64,000 bases of DNA from Pseudovirgaria hyperparasitica (Eukaryota). The DNA is taken from NCBI GenBank assembly GCA_010093815.1, contig ML996569.1. One strand, written 5' to 3'. The translations under genes and the position numbers were made by a program. Shown here one piece after another: positions 37,699-49,301 of the stretch; the first letter of the stretch is position 1, and every line of letters begins with the position of its first letter. Below the pieces are notes generated by a model. That model was given only the letters and a program-made list of their open reading frames with translations, ran no database searches and was not told where the DNA came from.

Positions 37699-38631
37699 AT
37701 GGCTGCGCCTCGGTCAACGTCACTCCGTGCCCTTCGCCAGCTGTCTGCGTGCAGTAGGCAGACTGTTCAGGTCCGCAAGCTACATATGACCGGTCCTACT
37801 ACATTTCCATCTCCTCTCCTGACTTCAGAACGACCCGCTGTGAATCTCCCAAAAGACCTTATTGGTCTCCAGACCGAATGCCGGAAGCGTAATCTGCCTG
37901 TCACAGGTTCCAAGCAGGAGGTGAGCCGATACCTATGTTGTTATAGACTTGGATGCTGACATTATCAATCAGCTAGCTGACCGTCTCTCTGCCGACGCAA
38001 TGCTACAATCACGCAGCTTCAGCAGCGCTATTCAGGACATGAAGCGTCCAGCAGCCTCCGAAGCTGACGCATACATGGCCATGCCTCCAGTCCGACACTT
38101 CAACACCAGCCGAACCCTGAAGTCCGTCAATGACAGCTCTACAATCGACTTCGCCTACTTCCCCGACTTCAATCCTGATGTTGAGGCTCCTCCTCCAAGC
38201 ATCCGCGTCCCCCTTCTTCCACAGAGTGTGGCTGCACCCAATACCGCCAAATTCTCCGAGGAGGCTCAGGAATCGGTACGAGACACTCTCCGCAATATCA
38301 AAATCTAGCCACATTCCATACCACACTCGCTACACCTTGTTCACCTTTCGATTGGGGGAAGGTTGCTAATACATGTTCTTGGATTCAGGATGTGATGCGC
38401 GGTACCATAGTTACTGCTTCGGCTGATTCTACTCACATAAGTACTCCGTCTGCCATGGCAGATGTGCACGATAACAATTCAATTGATATTGGGGAGATGG
38501 CTCAAAAAGTTGCTGCTGCAGCCCAAAAGGTCAAAGAGGCTACAGTGGATGAGACACCTGTTGTTCGGAAAGTTTGGAATGGCTTTCTGGACGATCTCCT
38601 TGGTCCCAAGTCATCTAAAGCGACTTCCTAA
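37699..38631 (+). CDS. Conserved fungal protein with mitochondrial-type presequence and SAP motif; introns 37921-37971 and about 38276-38388
   Basis: Arg/Ser-rich N-terminus without acidic residues. SAP-like LQTECRKRNLPVTGSKQE|LADRL, RHFNTSRTLKSVNDSSTIDFAYFP, VWNGFLDDLLG. Confidence 0.82.
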
Positions 38632-39330
38632 GGTAGACGCCGATGCGACCTGTATGATGTGACGAAGCGGTGAGCATTTCATTGACTACGTATCTGCACA
38701 CAAGTTTTCGAAGTATGCGTTAGTCCGTTTCTTTTGTTCGCCAGTCTCAACTACGGAGTCTAATGTGCGAATCTACCTCTGACCTTCGTTTCTGAGTTTG
38801 AACAAGGCCTGGAAGCGCTCTAGCCATTGGCAAACGACATATATTAGTATTGACGTAGTTAGCGTATAAACACAATGCGCATTTAACATCGCACCTTGAC
38901 TTCCAATCCTTCCGACTCCAATATACCTAAAAATATCTATTGTCGGCTCCCAACCAGTTCAGACCCTAGTACACATTCCCTTCCCTCTGCCGTCCCACGC
39001 CATCTACTAGACCCTGCGTACAAACCGCTTGCGCCATATCTCACCACAATGTCATAGGCCAAGACCCTAATTGTCTTGTCCAGTAGCACTTCGCCCACCA
39101 TGAAATATCCCAAGACTTCTAAGAAGCTGTCATTCCCTCCGGGAAACGCGTCGCAGACCCAATATCAAAAGGTCCGAAAAGCAGCGGATTCAGTGGGCCG
39201 CTGGTGGGGATACCTGCGGTGGCCGGCGCGGGAGTGGGTGGAGCAACGGATAGCCGGGTCCTAGAGCCGATGCGGCAATTGAGGGCTGGGTCGGGCATGA
39301 GTGGTGTGTTGATCACCCCACTAACGAGCC

Positions 39331-39785
39331 ACCTAATTAATCTACGTAGAAGTAGAATTATATGCTTCAACGTTAATCTTAATCTTAGTACTATGTTAGT
39401 AACTCTTACTTTTGGTAATACTACACGTACAAGTTATACATACTCTAATGCTTTTTTTCATAACTCCACGAATTTCTGTACTTTACTCTATATGCTAAGT
39501 AGTGTTGTTTTTATTACTCTCTTCTAATTACGTGAAAACTTTGGTTATACATAGATATTCATAGAGTTTTTTATAGAAGCATTAGTTCATACATATACTA
39601 GTATATAATACATCTACGTTTAGTATTTTATTTCTATATACATAGATACAATCATATGGGATATAGAGCTCTAGTTTCAGAAAGGTAGAGAGGAGGCATG
39701 CATGTATAAGTAGCATTAGTGGTATTATTTAGGTATGTGGTAGGATATTTACATGATATCACGATAAAGTAGTAAGGTCTCTTCT
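39331..39785. other. AT-rich, TpA-rich tract (RIP-like relic)
   Basis: Abrupt shift to AT-rich sequence crowded with TA, TAG and CTA; no credible ORF. Confidence 0.65.
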
Positions 39786-39813
39786 TACTCCTTCCATGGC
39801 CACATGCAGAATT

Positions 39814-42260
39814 TCACGTCCGCATCGCCGGCAAGGTTTCCAACACGACCTCTTCGCCCTGCACCTCAAACTCCACCTCACATTTCTTATCCACATCAAT
39901 CGCAATCTTATACTTGCTTGGATACAACACTCTCTCCCCTTTCTCGTTCCACCTCGCCAAGCTTCCAATCGTCAACTTCAACTCGTGAACGTTCTTCGTG
40001 CCGGGCGCGACGTCATGGAACCGCTGGTACGCGACAAGCGCCTTGTTTGGATACGGCGCCGGGCCGTACGCGCCAGATATAAACGCCAGGGCGACATAGT
40101 CTGACAGCGTGCTACCTGTGTTTCGCACGGTGGTATGCAGGACGGCAAAGGGGCATGTATCAAGGTACGTGTATCCAGACGCCTTGCACGCATCCACCAG
40201 CGTGTGCGTACTCAGCCCTGCCAAGGCTGTATCCGGCAAGTCCAGATGCGCATCCACATCAAACGAGGTATAATGCAGCCCGAATCCAAACGGCAATACG
40301 GGCGTGCCTGTGTACCATTGATACGTGCGGCCCGGGTTACTTGCGTTGTCGGGCCGCAGGTTCATGTCTGTCGGCGCAAGCGAGATGTAAGAGGCTGGGT
40401 ACTGCGTTACGGGCAAGCGGCCTGCCGGGGCGACGACGCCGAAGATTATGTCTGTGATTGCGCGCCCGCCTTCTTGGCCTGGGTAGCCGGCCCAGAGGAT
40501 GGACGACACGCCTGCGTGGGCGAGGAGAGCGGAGTCGTCGACTTGGCCGCCGCCTGTTTGGACGACTATGAGGGGCTTTGGGTTGTCGGCGAGAGCGGAG
40601 AGAAGGGAGAGTTGCGTGGTGTTCCAGGCGATAGTGCTGCGATCGCTGCCTTCAGTTTCGACGGTTTGGTCGATGCCGCCGATGTAAATTGTGATGTCGC
40701 TGGTATTTGCAGCCGCGAGGACAGGCTCAGAGTCGAGAATGCTGGAGACAAAGTTCACTGTTACCCCCGGGACGGTCTGGAAAGCAGAAAGGGGAGACTT
40801 GATATGTGGTGGTATGCCGGAGTAGCCTCCTAGCATCTGAGTCGTTGCGTTGGCCCAGTCACCTACCAGGGCGACCGTGATAGGTCTTGTGGTTGAGGTG
40901 TGGAGAGGGAGGGTGTTATGATCATTCTTAAGGAGAGTCATACCGGAGGTAGCAGCTTTCCGCGCGAGGTCCTGGCTTTGGGGAACGTTGATATAGGAGG
41001 CGTCGATTTGCCGATATGGTTGAGCGGCAGCATTATCAAAGTACCCGAGTCTAACGAAGGACGCGAACACTCTTTCTAAGGCTTTATCGATGAGTACCTC
41101 CAGTTCTGGTTTTGCAGCAACTGCGCCGGGAAGCCAGGTCGAGAAGTATACACCACAATCCGTATCAGTGCCAGCTCTCAGGATAGCCTCAACGGCTTCT
41201 ATCTCAGTGGCACCAAATCCGTGTCCATCTGTTGAGTTGAAGACAACATCCAATGCAAAGCAATCGCCGTTGATGTAGTTGTCCGGTTCAGTCCAGCCCC
41301 AGTGCTTCCTGACCACATCTTCCATCAACCACCCATCCGCACACTGTGGGATGCCATTGACTGAATTGTAGGCACACATAACGCTCCCCGCTTTAGCATC
41401 TCGTGTACACGCCTCAAAAGGATGGAGGTAGTACTCTGCAAGGTCCTGTAGCCCGATCTTTGCATCGAAATTGTATCTCGTAACACCATCGTGAGTGTTA
41501 TCAAGATCGTTTCCCGCAAAATGCTTGCACGTAGCAACTGTCTTTCTATACTTGTTGCCCAGTGGTCCCTCCATACCCCTGATGAAGGCCTTTGCATATT
41601 CCGCAACACGGAATGCGTCTTCTCCGGGCGTCTCCGGGCCACGGCCCCATCGCGGATCTTTGAATGGGTTAACATTTGGCGTCCAGTAGTCGAGACCAGC
41701 GTGACCAGCATTTGCAAATGCCCTAGCTTCGGTACTTATGGCATCTGCGACGTCAAACACTAGATCATCATCAAAGGCTGCTGCGGTGAGAATTGGCTGT
41801 GGGAAGGATGTGGCAGATGAATATGCGCCGCCATCCACGGAAAAATTGACGCCAATGGAGATTGCTACGCCGTGAAGAGCTTCGTTCCAGAGCTGCGAGT
41901 ATATCAGCAATTGGTTAAGCTAGTTAGGTTGCGGTACTAACGATGAAAGGGGGCAGACCGAGGCGCTCAACACCGGGCATGACGAAGATCGTATGATTAA
42001 TCTTCTCCTCGAGGGTGAGCTCAGAAATGAGCGAGACCGCGCGGTCGTACGGAGCTGCAGTTTCTCAGTATATGGCCAATTGCACACGGTGTATAGCACT
42101 CACATTTGGAATCATCACATATCCCTATAGAGCTTAGTGGCTCTATAGAACAATCCGGCAGGGGTCGCACTGGGGTATTGATAAGTACATTGGCAACGGT
42201 CTGGCGGAAGTCCGAGTAATTTGTCGCTAGTGGAGGAACGCCAGGTCCAGAGAAAGCCAT
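39814..42260 (-). CDS. GH3 beta-xylosidase (XlnD/BxlB-like); introns 42055-42103 and 41893-41941
   Basis: LTLEEKI, GVERLGLP, WNEALHG, ATSFPQPI, WTPNVNPFKDPRWGRGPETPGED, CKHFA, MCAYN, nucleophile region YINGDC, PFGFGLHYT and an Fn3-like C-terminus. Confidence 0.95.
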
Positions 42261-44102
42261 CTTTCAGACAATGCTTTGTAAACCTTTAGATAAATCTAAG
42301 GTCTTTACTCGGTGGATGTTAGTAAAAGAAGAAGCAGGTCATCACGACGTGTTGAATTGTGTTGCAAGCAGAGCTGCAAATCAATCGCAGGCAAGACTTA
42401 ACCTTAAGTACTTGACCGTCGCATGACTATCCATCCTTGTATCGATATTATATCAAAATCCGCGTCGTCATTAGTACTCATTTTGGTGCCACTAGTACCG
42501 AAGCTCATTGTTCATATAAAACTTTTTGTCGTATAGGGGCCATGTGACGGGATAATTACCGTTAAGGCCTTGTGGAGCTTCGTATAGAGTACGGCCGAAC
42601 GCTAGCCATTTTAGGTAGAGAACCAGGTACACGACCTTGGCATAGATACGATGAAAACGGCTTTGTGGAGAATCATGAGATCTACTTGATCGTATTCTGT
42701 CATACACCAAAGCGATCGAGCATTCGCAGAGCAGAACGATGAATGAAGCTTGAAGTATATATCTGAAGCTCTTCAATATGTATGTCGTAATAATCTGCAA
42801 GTCGCGGCGCAAGGATAATCCCACTTTCAATGCCAATTCATGTGGAAAAGGTGGTGTGATTCATATACATACAATTTCCTTCAAGTGCGCGCAGGGAGGC
42901 GATTAAGAAACACTCGACACAGAAAACAGAGTTTCCAATGTTTGAGGATAGTTTTCGTATAATGACAGGCAAGTACTTGTAACGCTGTCGTATGGAAACC
43001 TGCCTTTCCCACTTCCGGTATCCACTTTCAGCCCCATCTCCAAGTTCCTTCTGGATATGGAGCAAGCAAGGAATAGAGACACCCAGCCAGATAGACAGCA
43101 AGTAATTATCAGTATGAAACGAGACATTAGGACACCGGCAAAGAGCTTGGAGACATCGACTTTCATGCAGATCCGGGTATACAATGCACATAGTCAGGAT
43201 GATAGTGTAGAACACAGCAAGCAAACAAACAAGGCCGTTCCAACCCAGCATAAAGCAGCCGTGACGCTCATAGGCTTCCGGACGCCGATAAGGCTCGGTA
43301 CATATAGGAATGTGTTCATGGATAGACCTGATATCTCTCTCTCAACAGGTTCCATAGTCATCTATACATTAGTGGATCAGCAAACTCGACCAGATCAAGA
43401 GCCTGAAAGTGGTAATCCATACTCACAGGAGGAACACAACATTGATACTGGAAGTCGAAGTTAAACATTCTCTAGTCGATTTTGTGCATTTAGCCTACGG
43501 TCATGACCTACTATCGTCATGCTATGGCACGGATAGCATAGTAATTTTGTTGCAAAACTCTCATTCAAACATCAACCACGTGGTGGCGAATTCTGTTGAT
43601 GCGACCTCAAAACTGGGTACCTAAATCCTGACGCGGGCAAGCATAACCAATGGCATACCATAGGAGCCAGCCACAATCGCGTAATGTGAACCTTCGCTTA
43701 TGGCGACCAATCACCAGAAGGAGCGATGTTTAAATATAATAGTCGATCCCTTAAACAGCTCTGAATTGCGGGGCATCCAGACTTCTTATTGTTAGTGATG
43801 GATGCCTTCCCGTAATGATAACACGGCAGGACATTAGCTCGATACCACTGTGGCTGAGATCGTGCAAAGAGATCCTGTAGGAGACGTCCCAGGTCCAAAT
43901 CATCAATGGCGGCATGTACATTCGTCTATTCGAACGGTTTTCGTTCGCCCGGCCCGTCACTGCGCCGCAGTCTACCATATCGTGGCTAGTGGCATCTGAA
44001 GTATAAGTAGATGTCTTCCACACCTTGACAGAGATCTATCCCTTGTGCAACATTCCACTAAGCATTCCTGAATCATCAAAGATTTTTAAGCATTCTGTAA
44101 AC

Positions 44103-45231
44103 ATGGTCCTCAAAGAAGTATCCACCATCATTCCACCCAACCAAGCCGATGGTGCGCCCAAGAGGATCAATATGATTGCCCGCAAAGACTGTACATCACT
44201 CTCTAGGATACTTCTTTGAACCCATCATACTAACGCATTAAAGTCCGTGACCGCTTCGAAGCCGAAAAGCCTGGGCACGAGAAGTTCTTCTCTTCGCTCT
44301 TCGGCGGCGAATGGACCATCAAACTCGATCCATCCAACCTCTTCACCTATACCGAGGAAAAGGATGCGAGCATGTTTGGCTACTATTGCAACAAGTTAGC
44401 ATAACCGCTATAGACCTTTTCTCCATTTCCATTTCCTGATAATCTAACAGGTACTTTGCCGACGGCCAAGTCCGTGACAATCTTGCCAACTTCACGAAAG
44501 AATATGCCGCCGACGGCATCACGCAAATCAATAAGCTGGCTCACACCCACACTATCACCATCGAACCCTCTTCCTCGACCAGCGCTGGCCTCGACTTCGC
44601 CGACGGGAAATTCCGCATCCTATTCTCCGAGCCTGATGGCTTCACTTCTGGCGCCTCGTACTGGTCTGGCTCCCTCTCCAGTGCCGTCAGCGCCGCCGAA
44701 GCCAGTGGCCCCCAAACATCCGCCGGGCAGCCGCGGCAAATGAGCATTGTCGCAAAGCGCGATATCCGGGACCGCTTTGAGGCTGAGATCGGGCCGATAG
44801 AGGAACGCGTGCGAAAGTACTTGCAGGCGCCAGACTTCACACTCGATCCAAACTTTGAGGCGAATTATGCGTTTTATGCAGCATGGGAGGAGGAATTGAA
44901 GGCGGATCCGGACGAGACTGCAATCCGGCAAGTCGAAAAAGGGTGGGAGGGTATGATCGGGTATTTTACTTTGAAATATTTTGTGCGGTTGGCGGATTAC
45001 TTACGCGATGAGGGGTTCGCGAAGGACGAAATGTTGAGGGAAGGGTTCAAGGAGGTGGTGAATGCGAATTGGGTTGTGGTGAGACAGGTGGAGGATGAGG
45101 TCTTCAAGGATGCGAGGGGAAATACTGAAGACGCAGTTATTGAGGACGGCGTTTTAGTATTCAGAACGACAAGGAAGGCGTTTGGATGGAATGAGGGAAG
45201 ATGTGTGATGAAAATTATGGATCTGTTGTGA
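44103..45231 (+). CDS. Uncharacterised soluble protein made of two related halves; introns 44191-44243 and 44395-44450
   Basis: Both introns have CTAAC branch points, and splicing gives a continuous frame into ORF 44740-45231. Confidence 0.8.
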
Positions 45232-45310
45232 GGCGATCGCCCTTGGGGGTTTACAGAACCTCATCGCGGATCGAGTGTTCAATATCGAACTTCAAGCGTA
45301 TAGATTACCT

Positions 45311-48145
45311 TCACTCCCAGGCTTCTCCCCAGGCTTCTTCTTCTTCTTCTTCAGCAGCAGGTTGCGAATTCTTTTTCGGTGCGGGCGCGACTGCTTTCGT
45401 CACTCCTGATACATGCGTTTTCTTCGCTGTCACATTGCCAGTAGAATTACTCTTCAAGCCGACGCTTGGTCGGATTGCGCTTGCTGAGGCTTTTGCAAGA
45501 CCTTTCGGAAGTGGCTTCGATACAGGCTTCTTGGTTTCTGCTTGAGCTGCTAGCCAACCAGCGAAGTCAGGCTCGCCCCCATCGTCATATGTCGCTGTTT
45601 TAGTTGTCCTGACCCCAGTAGTGACCGTAGGTGTGCCCCATGGATCCTCAAAAGCATGTGCAGTGTCGTCAGTCTCAGAGGAAGGTTTGCTAGTACTGTC
45701 AGGATGATTGAAAGCATTGGCATTCGAATCGTCATCATCCATATCACCCCAGGCATCGCCAAAGTCTTCCGCTTCGACATCAGCATTGACACTAGATGTC
45801 AGGGGGCCAGATTTAGCAGATGAGAACGGATTTGCTTTGCTCGCCTTCGAGAGCCCAGAGGGCTTGTGCGGCACATTTGGAGATTTTGGTGGAACTGAAG
45901 ATGGCCGGGAGGAGGGCTGTGATAGTGATGAAGGTGCTGCAGTACTACCGTTCGTGCCCGTATGCATTTCACCACTTGCACCAGCAATTTTATTTGTAAA
46001 GGAAGAGATGGCCCACCCCGCCCATGAACTACTATCACCTTGCGGAGTTCCGATCCTGGGCGCCCCAGCAGTTGCTGCGGTGGAGTTCTGAGGTACAGCA
46101 ACAGTGTCTGGCAATGACTGGGCGTACTTACGGATACGTTGGAGATATATGTCCATCGTCTTGTTTGCTTGATCACGTACAAGTCTACTTGTTGTTAGTC
46201 AGATCTTATCTGAGAAGTATGCCAACGAAACCTACTTCTCTTTATCGACGAGAGATGGACAAATAGCGGGAAGCATTTTGCTTGCGCAATCATCTTCAGA
46301 AAAGAGGTCGGCGGTTGCTGCAAGCGCTAACAGACCTGCATTCCTTGCGTGCACGAATGGATCTCGTAGGGAGCGTGCAAAAGCTGCAGATAGGACTTTG
46401 GAGCGCGACTACGACATCAGTCTTCTATCGTACATCAGATTTATGATGCTACTCACGCTAGACCCAAGGTTACGTGCAATCTTTCCCAAGCAGATTGTTG
46501 TGTTGGTGCGGATGCCGGGCTGTTCATCGTTGGCAGTCTTAGCGAGATATCTGAGTAACTCTCCATTGATGGTGCGATCCGAGAGCTTCTGCACAACTGT
46601 CAAGATAGCTTTGACAGTCTGCTCTCGCACCACTGGTGCAATATCTGTGAATCCTGTGACCTGCAGATGTTAGGCCTTACGACGTTTGGAACGGGAAGCA
46701 AACGTACTAGCTGGGGAAAAATCTTGTCGTTCACTATTTTATTGCTGAGATGATCAATCATCAGGGGCAGATTGTCAAGTAAACAGACTCGAATAGCCCT
46801 GTCTGGCAGTGTGAATAGCCTGACTATTACTGGCGTAATCTGGCCATCGTATTCTTCGTCTGTTAACTTGGTACTGATCTTCATAACTACCCCGAAAACT
46901 TTAGGACCACCGCCTCCGTACTCTACAGATTTGAGTAGTTCCGGTAGAACTTTCATTTTGAAGAACTCTTCAGGGAAGTCGTCTGAGACTTCATCTAGCT
47001 GACTATAAAAGAATTAGCTGGCTGTGCGCTATAGCCGATGGCAAACGCACCTTAGAAATTCTTCCCTCTCCGCGTCTGCTTTGAGTCCTAAGCCGTCAAT
47101 GTCTTCGGTAATCTGTATAAGTGGTGTCTGGAAGAAACCGCCATGACGTAGTCCTTGGTCCAGAAACTGTCCCGTGCTAAGGCGAATCTTGGGATCCTGT
47201 GCAATCAAGCGCTTGTAACTTTGATGCATGGCTCGAGGTATGCCCTTTGTCAGACTCAGCTGGTCGGATCCCATAGAAGAGCCATTGAATGCTTCGTGAA
47301 CCAGACTGCCGTAATTATACGCATCTACACAATGAACAGGGTAGCGCTTAAGAGAGTCCCAACCTGACTTCGCCACCTCTGGTGGCGCATACCGAGCCGA
47401 GTCTGGTACCAAGCCTCCATGTGTCTGTTACGTGTCAGCGAAGCGCCAGGTAGGGCACTTCTTCACATACATATATTATAGCTTCATCCTCTTTCAAAGA
47501 GCTTAAAACGTCAAACCCACCCAGCTTCCATTCTCCGCTCTCACTTGTGAAGACGGATGACGATCTCAGGCAGCCGTGTATTGACGTCGCCTCATTGTTG
47601 ATGAATTTGATTGTTTTCTGTTTCGATCAGCTAGCTCCCTTCCAGAGCTGCGAGGACCCTACACACAGCAACATTATGGAGCCCCCACTTGATCGTTTCC
47701 TCTGCTAAGCTCTTTCTTTTGATATGCCAGCCAAGGGGTACCAAACGCTCTGTCGCGATGTATATGTACGATTCTGTCTACCCTGAAATGAGACTCCAAG
47801 TCATTGTGCGACAACAGGGGAATATACCTCGACTGTATCCAGGACCTTGATCACACCGGGATGGCGTATAGTTCGTAGTTTTCGCAAAGCATTGCGAGCT
47901 AGGGGTAATCGGGATTTGTTCGCGGTCACGTCGAAGGAAAAAATGCTACATTTAGAACCGTCTTCCTGCAAATCAAAAGAGTCAGCAGTAGCAAATATTG
48001 ACGTGCGTCGCAATGATCATACGCGTTTAGTGCCATTGTGCAGAGTCCATATTGACTGTTCCACATCCACACGGTCACCGAAATTGTAACCAAAAGCCGG
48101 ACCTTTTGAAATAGCGGATGCGACGGCGGACTTCAGAAAATCCAT
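45311..48145 (-). CDS. CEX1: SCY1-family pseudokinase with HEAT repeats (Cex1/SCYL1), multi-exon
   Basis: MDFLKSAVASAI, ARNALRKLRTIRHPGVIK, GEWKLGGFD, KVLPELLKS, DEQPGIRTNTTICLGKIA and acidic DxWG-type tail motifs. Confidence 0.93.
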
Positions 48146-49301
48146 ATGTACAAAACTTTTGTTATCTGGCTCAGATGCGCGTGGAGACAAGCCGGGGAAC
48201 AGCAAACAAGACTTCCGACACGCAGCTGGAAGTATTAGCAGAGAGGTAATAATGCCACATTAAATTTGGCATGGGGAGGGAGAGGGGTCCACACTGAGAA
48301 GCGGAGATAAGATCAGTGATTAGATTAGATGGATGCCGCTATGATCAATAAAACCTAGCGCTAATATTCTACAACTAAGTAATTAGCACACCAGGTCGGC
48401 AGTCCGTTTGTTGTCACCTTCACCTTTTTCTTCATCTTCACCCTCACCATCACGAGGTTGATCTCTGCCATTCCCAATTCTTCTTTACCTCAGGAGAATT
48501 CCCAGACTTCCGATATCGTGCAGCTATTTGAGGCTGCATCCTTCGTCTCTCCTAACTGATGTATATCCAACATCGCTTCTAATTACCCTCTACTCTGCTT
48601 AACCTAAGACTCTTCCATTTGATGAGTCAGAGATGATGATCTGGCTCTTAGACAGATGTACATACCATCATATTGGTGACAGTATAGTCGAGGGCTAATG
48701 TGGACTTGAATCAAGTCTTGCTACCCGCCTTCTACACAAATGGTACGTTCCAGTCGTCACTGTTTTGCACTGTCGCCGGGTCGCTGCGTCAATGATGAAG
48801 TATTGGTAAAAGGTCAGACTTATGGCTCTTCTGCTGGTCTCAGTTTTGTCGACCATTGTCACGTCACTGGTGTTCAGAGACACTCGCTGCGACTCACTTT
48901 GGGCATCTGAACTCGTCGGCAGGGATTTCTAAGAGACAAGTTGACTCCAAGTCCTGATAAGCAAGTCTCCGCGAAACCCATATTCATGTTTTCAACAGCA
49001 CCATGAATGGAGCTCCAACTTTGAGTCATAAGCTGGTAGCCAAAGGAAGTGGTGTACAAGCAAACCGTCTCGCTCAGTTTCTGGTTCGCAAACATACCTA
49101 CAACTGCCATGCGTTGAGGTCAGGCTCTAATGACACAGCCAGTTGAGTCCCCGGTCGATGCAGCAAGGGAGATACACTGGGACCGCGAAGACCTCGGATG
49201 ATGACCACAATAAAAACTGAAAAGATCTGAGACGCAGCAAACTCTACTGCCCAGCCATTTAATTCACATTCCTCCCAGACTATAGCTCACTGCGCGTATA
49301 G

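Noticed and set aside
39076..39264. Short basic ORF next to the AT-rich tract
   Set aside because: About 55-60 aa with no recognisable homology; cannot be supported.
42602..43495. GGCTAG and GGCTAA XlnR-like sites upstream of the xylosidase
   Set aside because: Single hexamers expected by chance; unsupported without conservation data.
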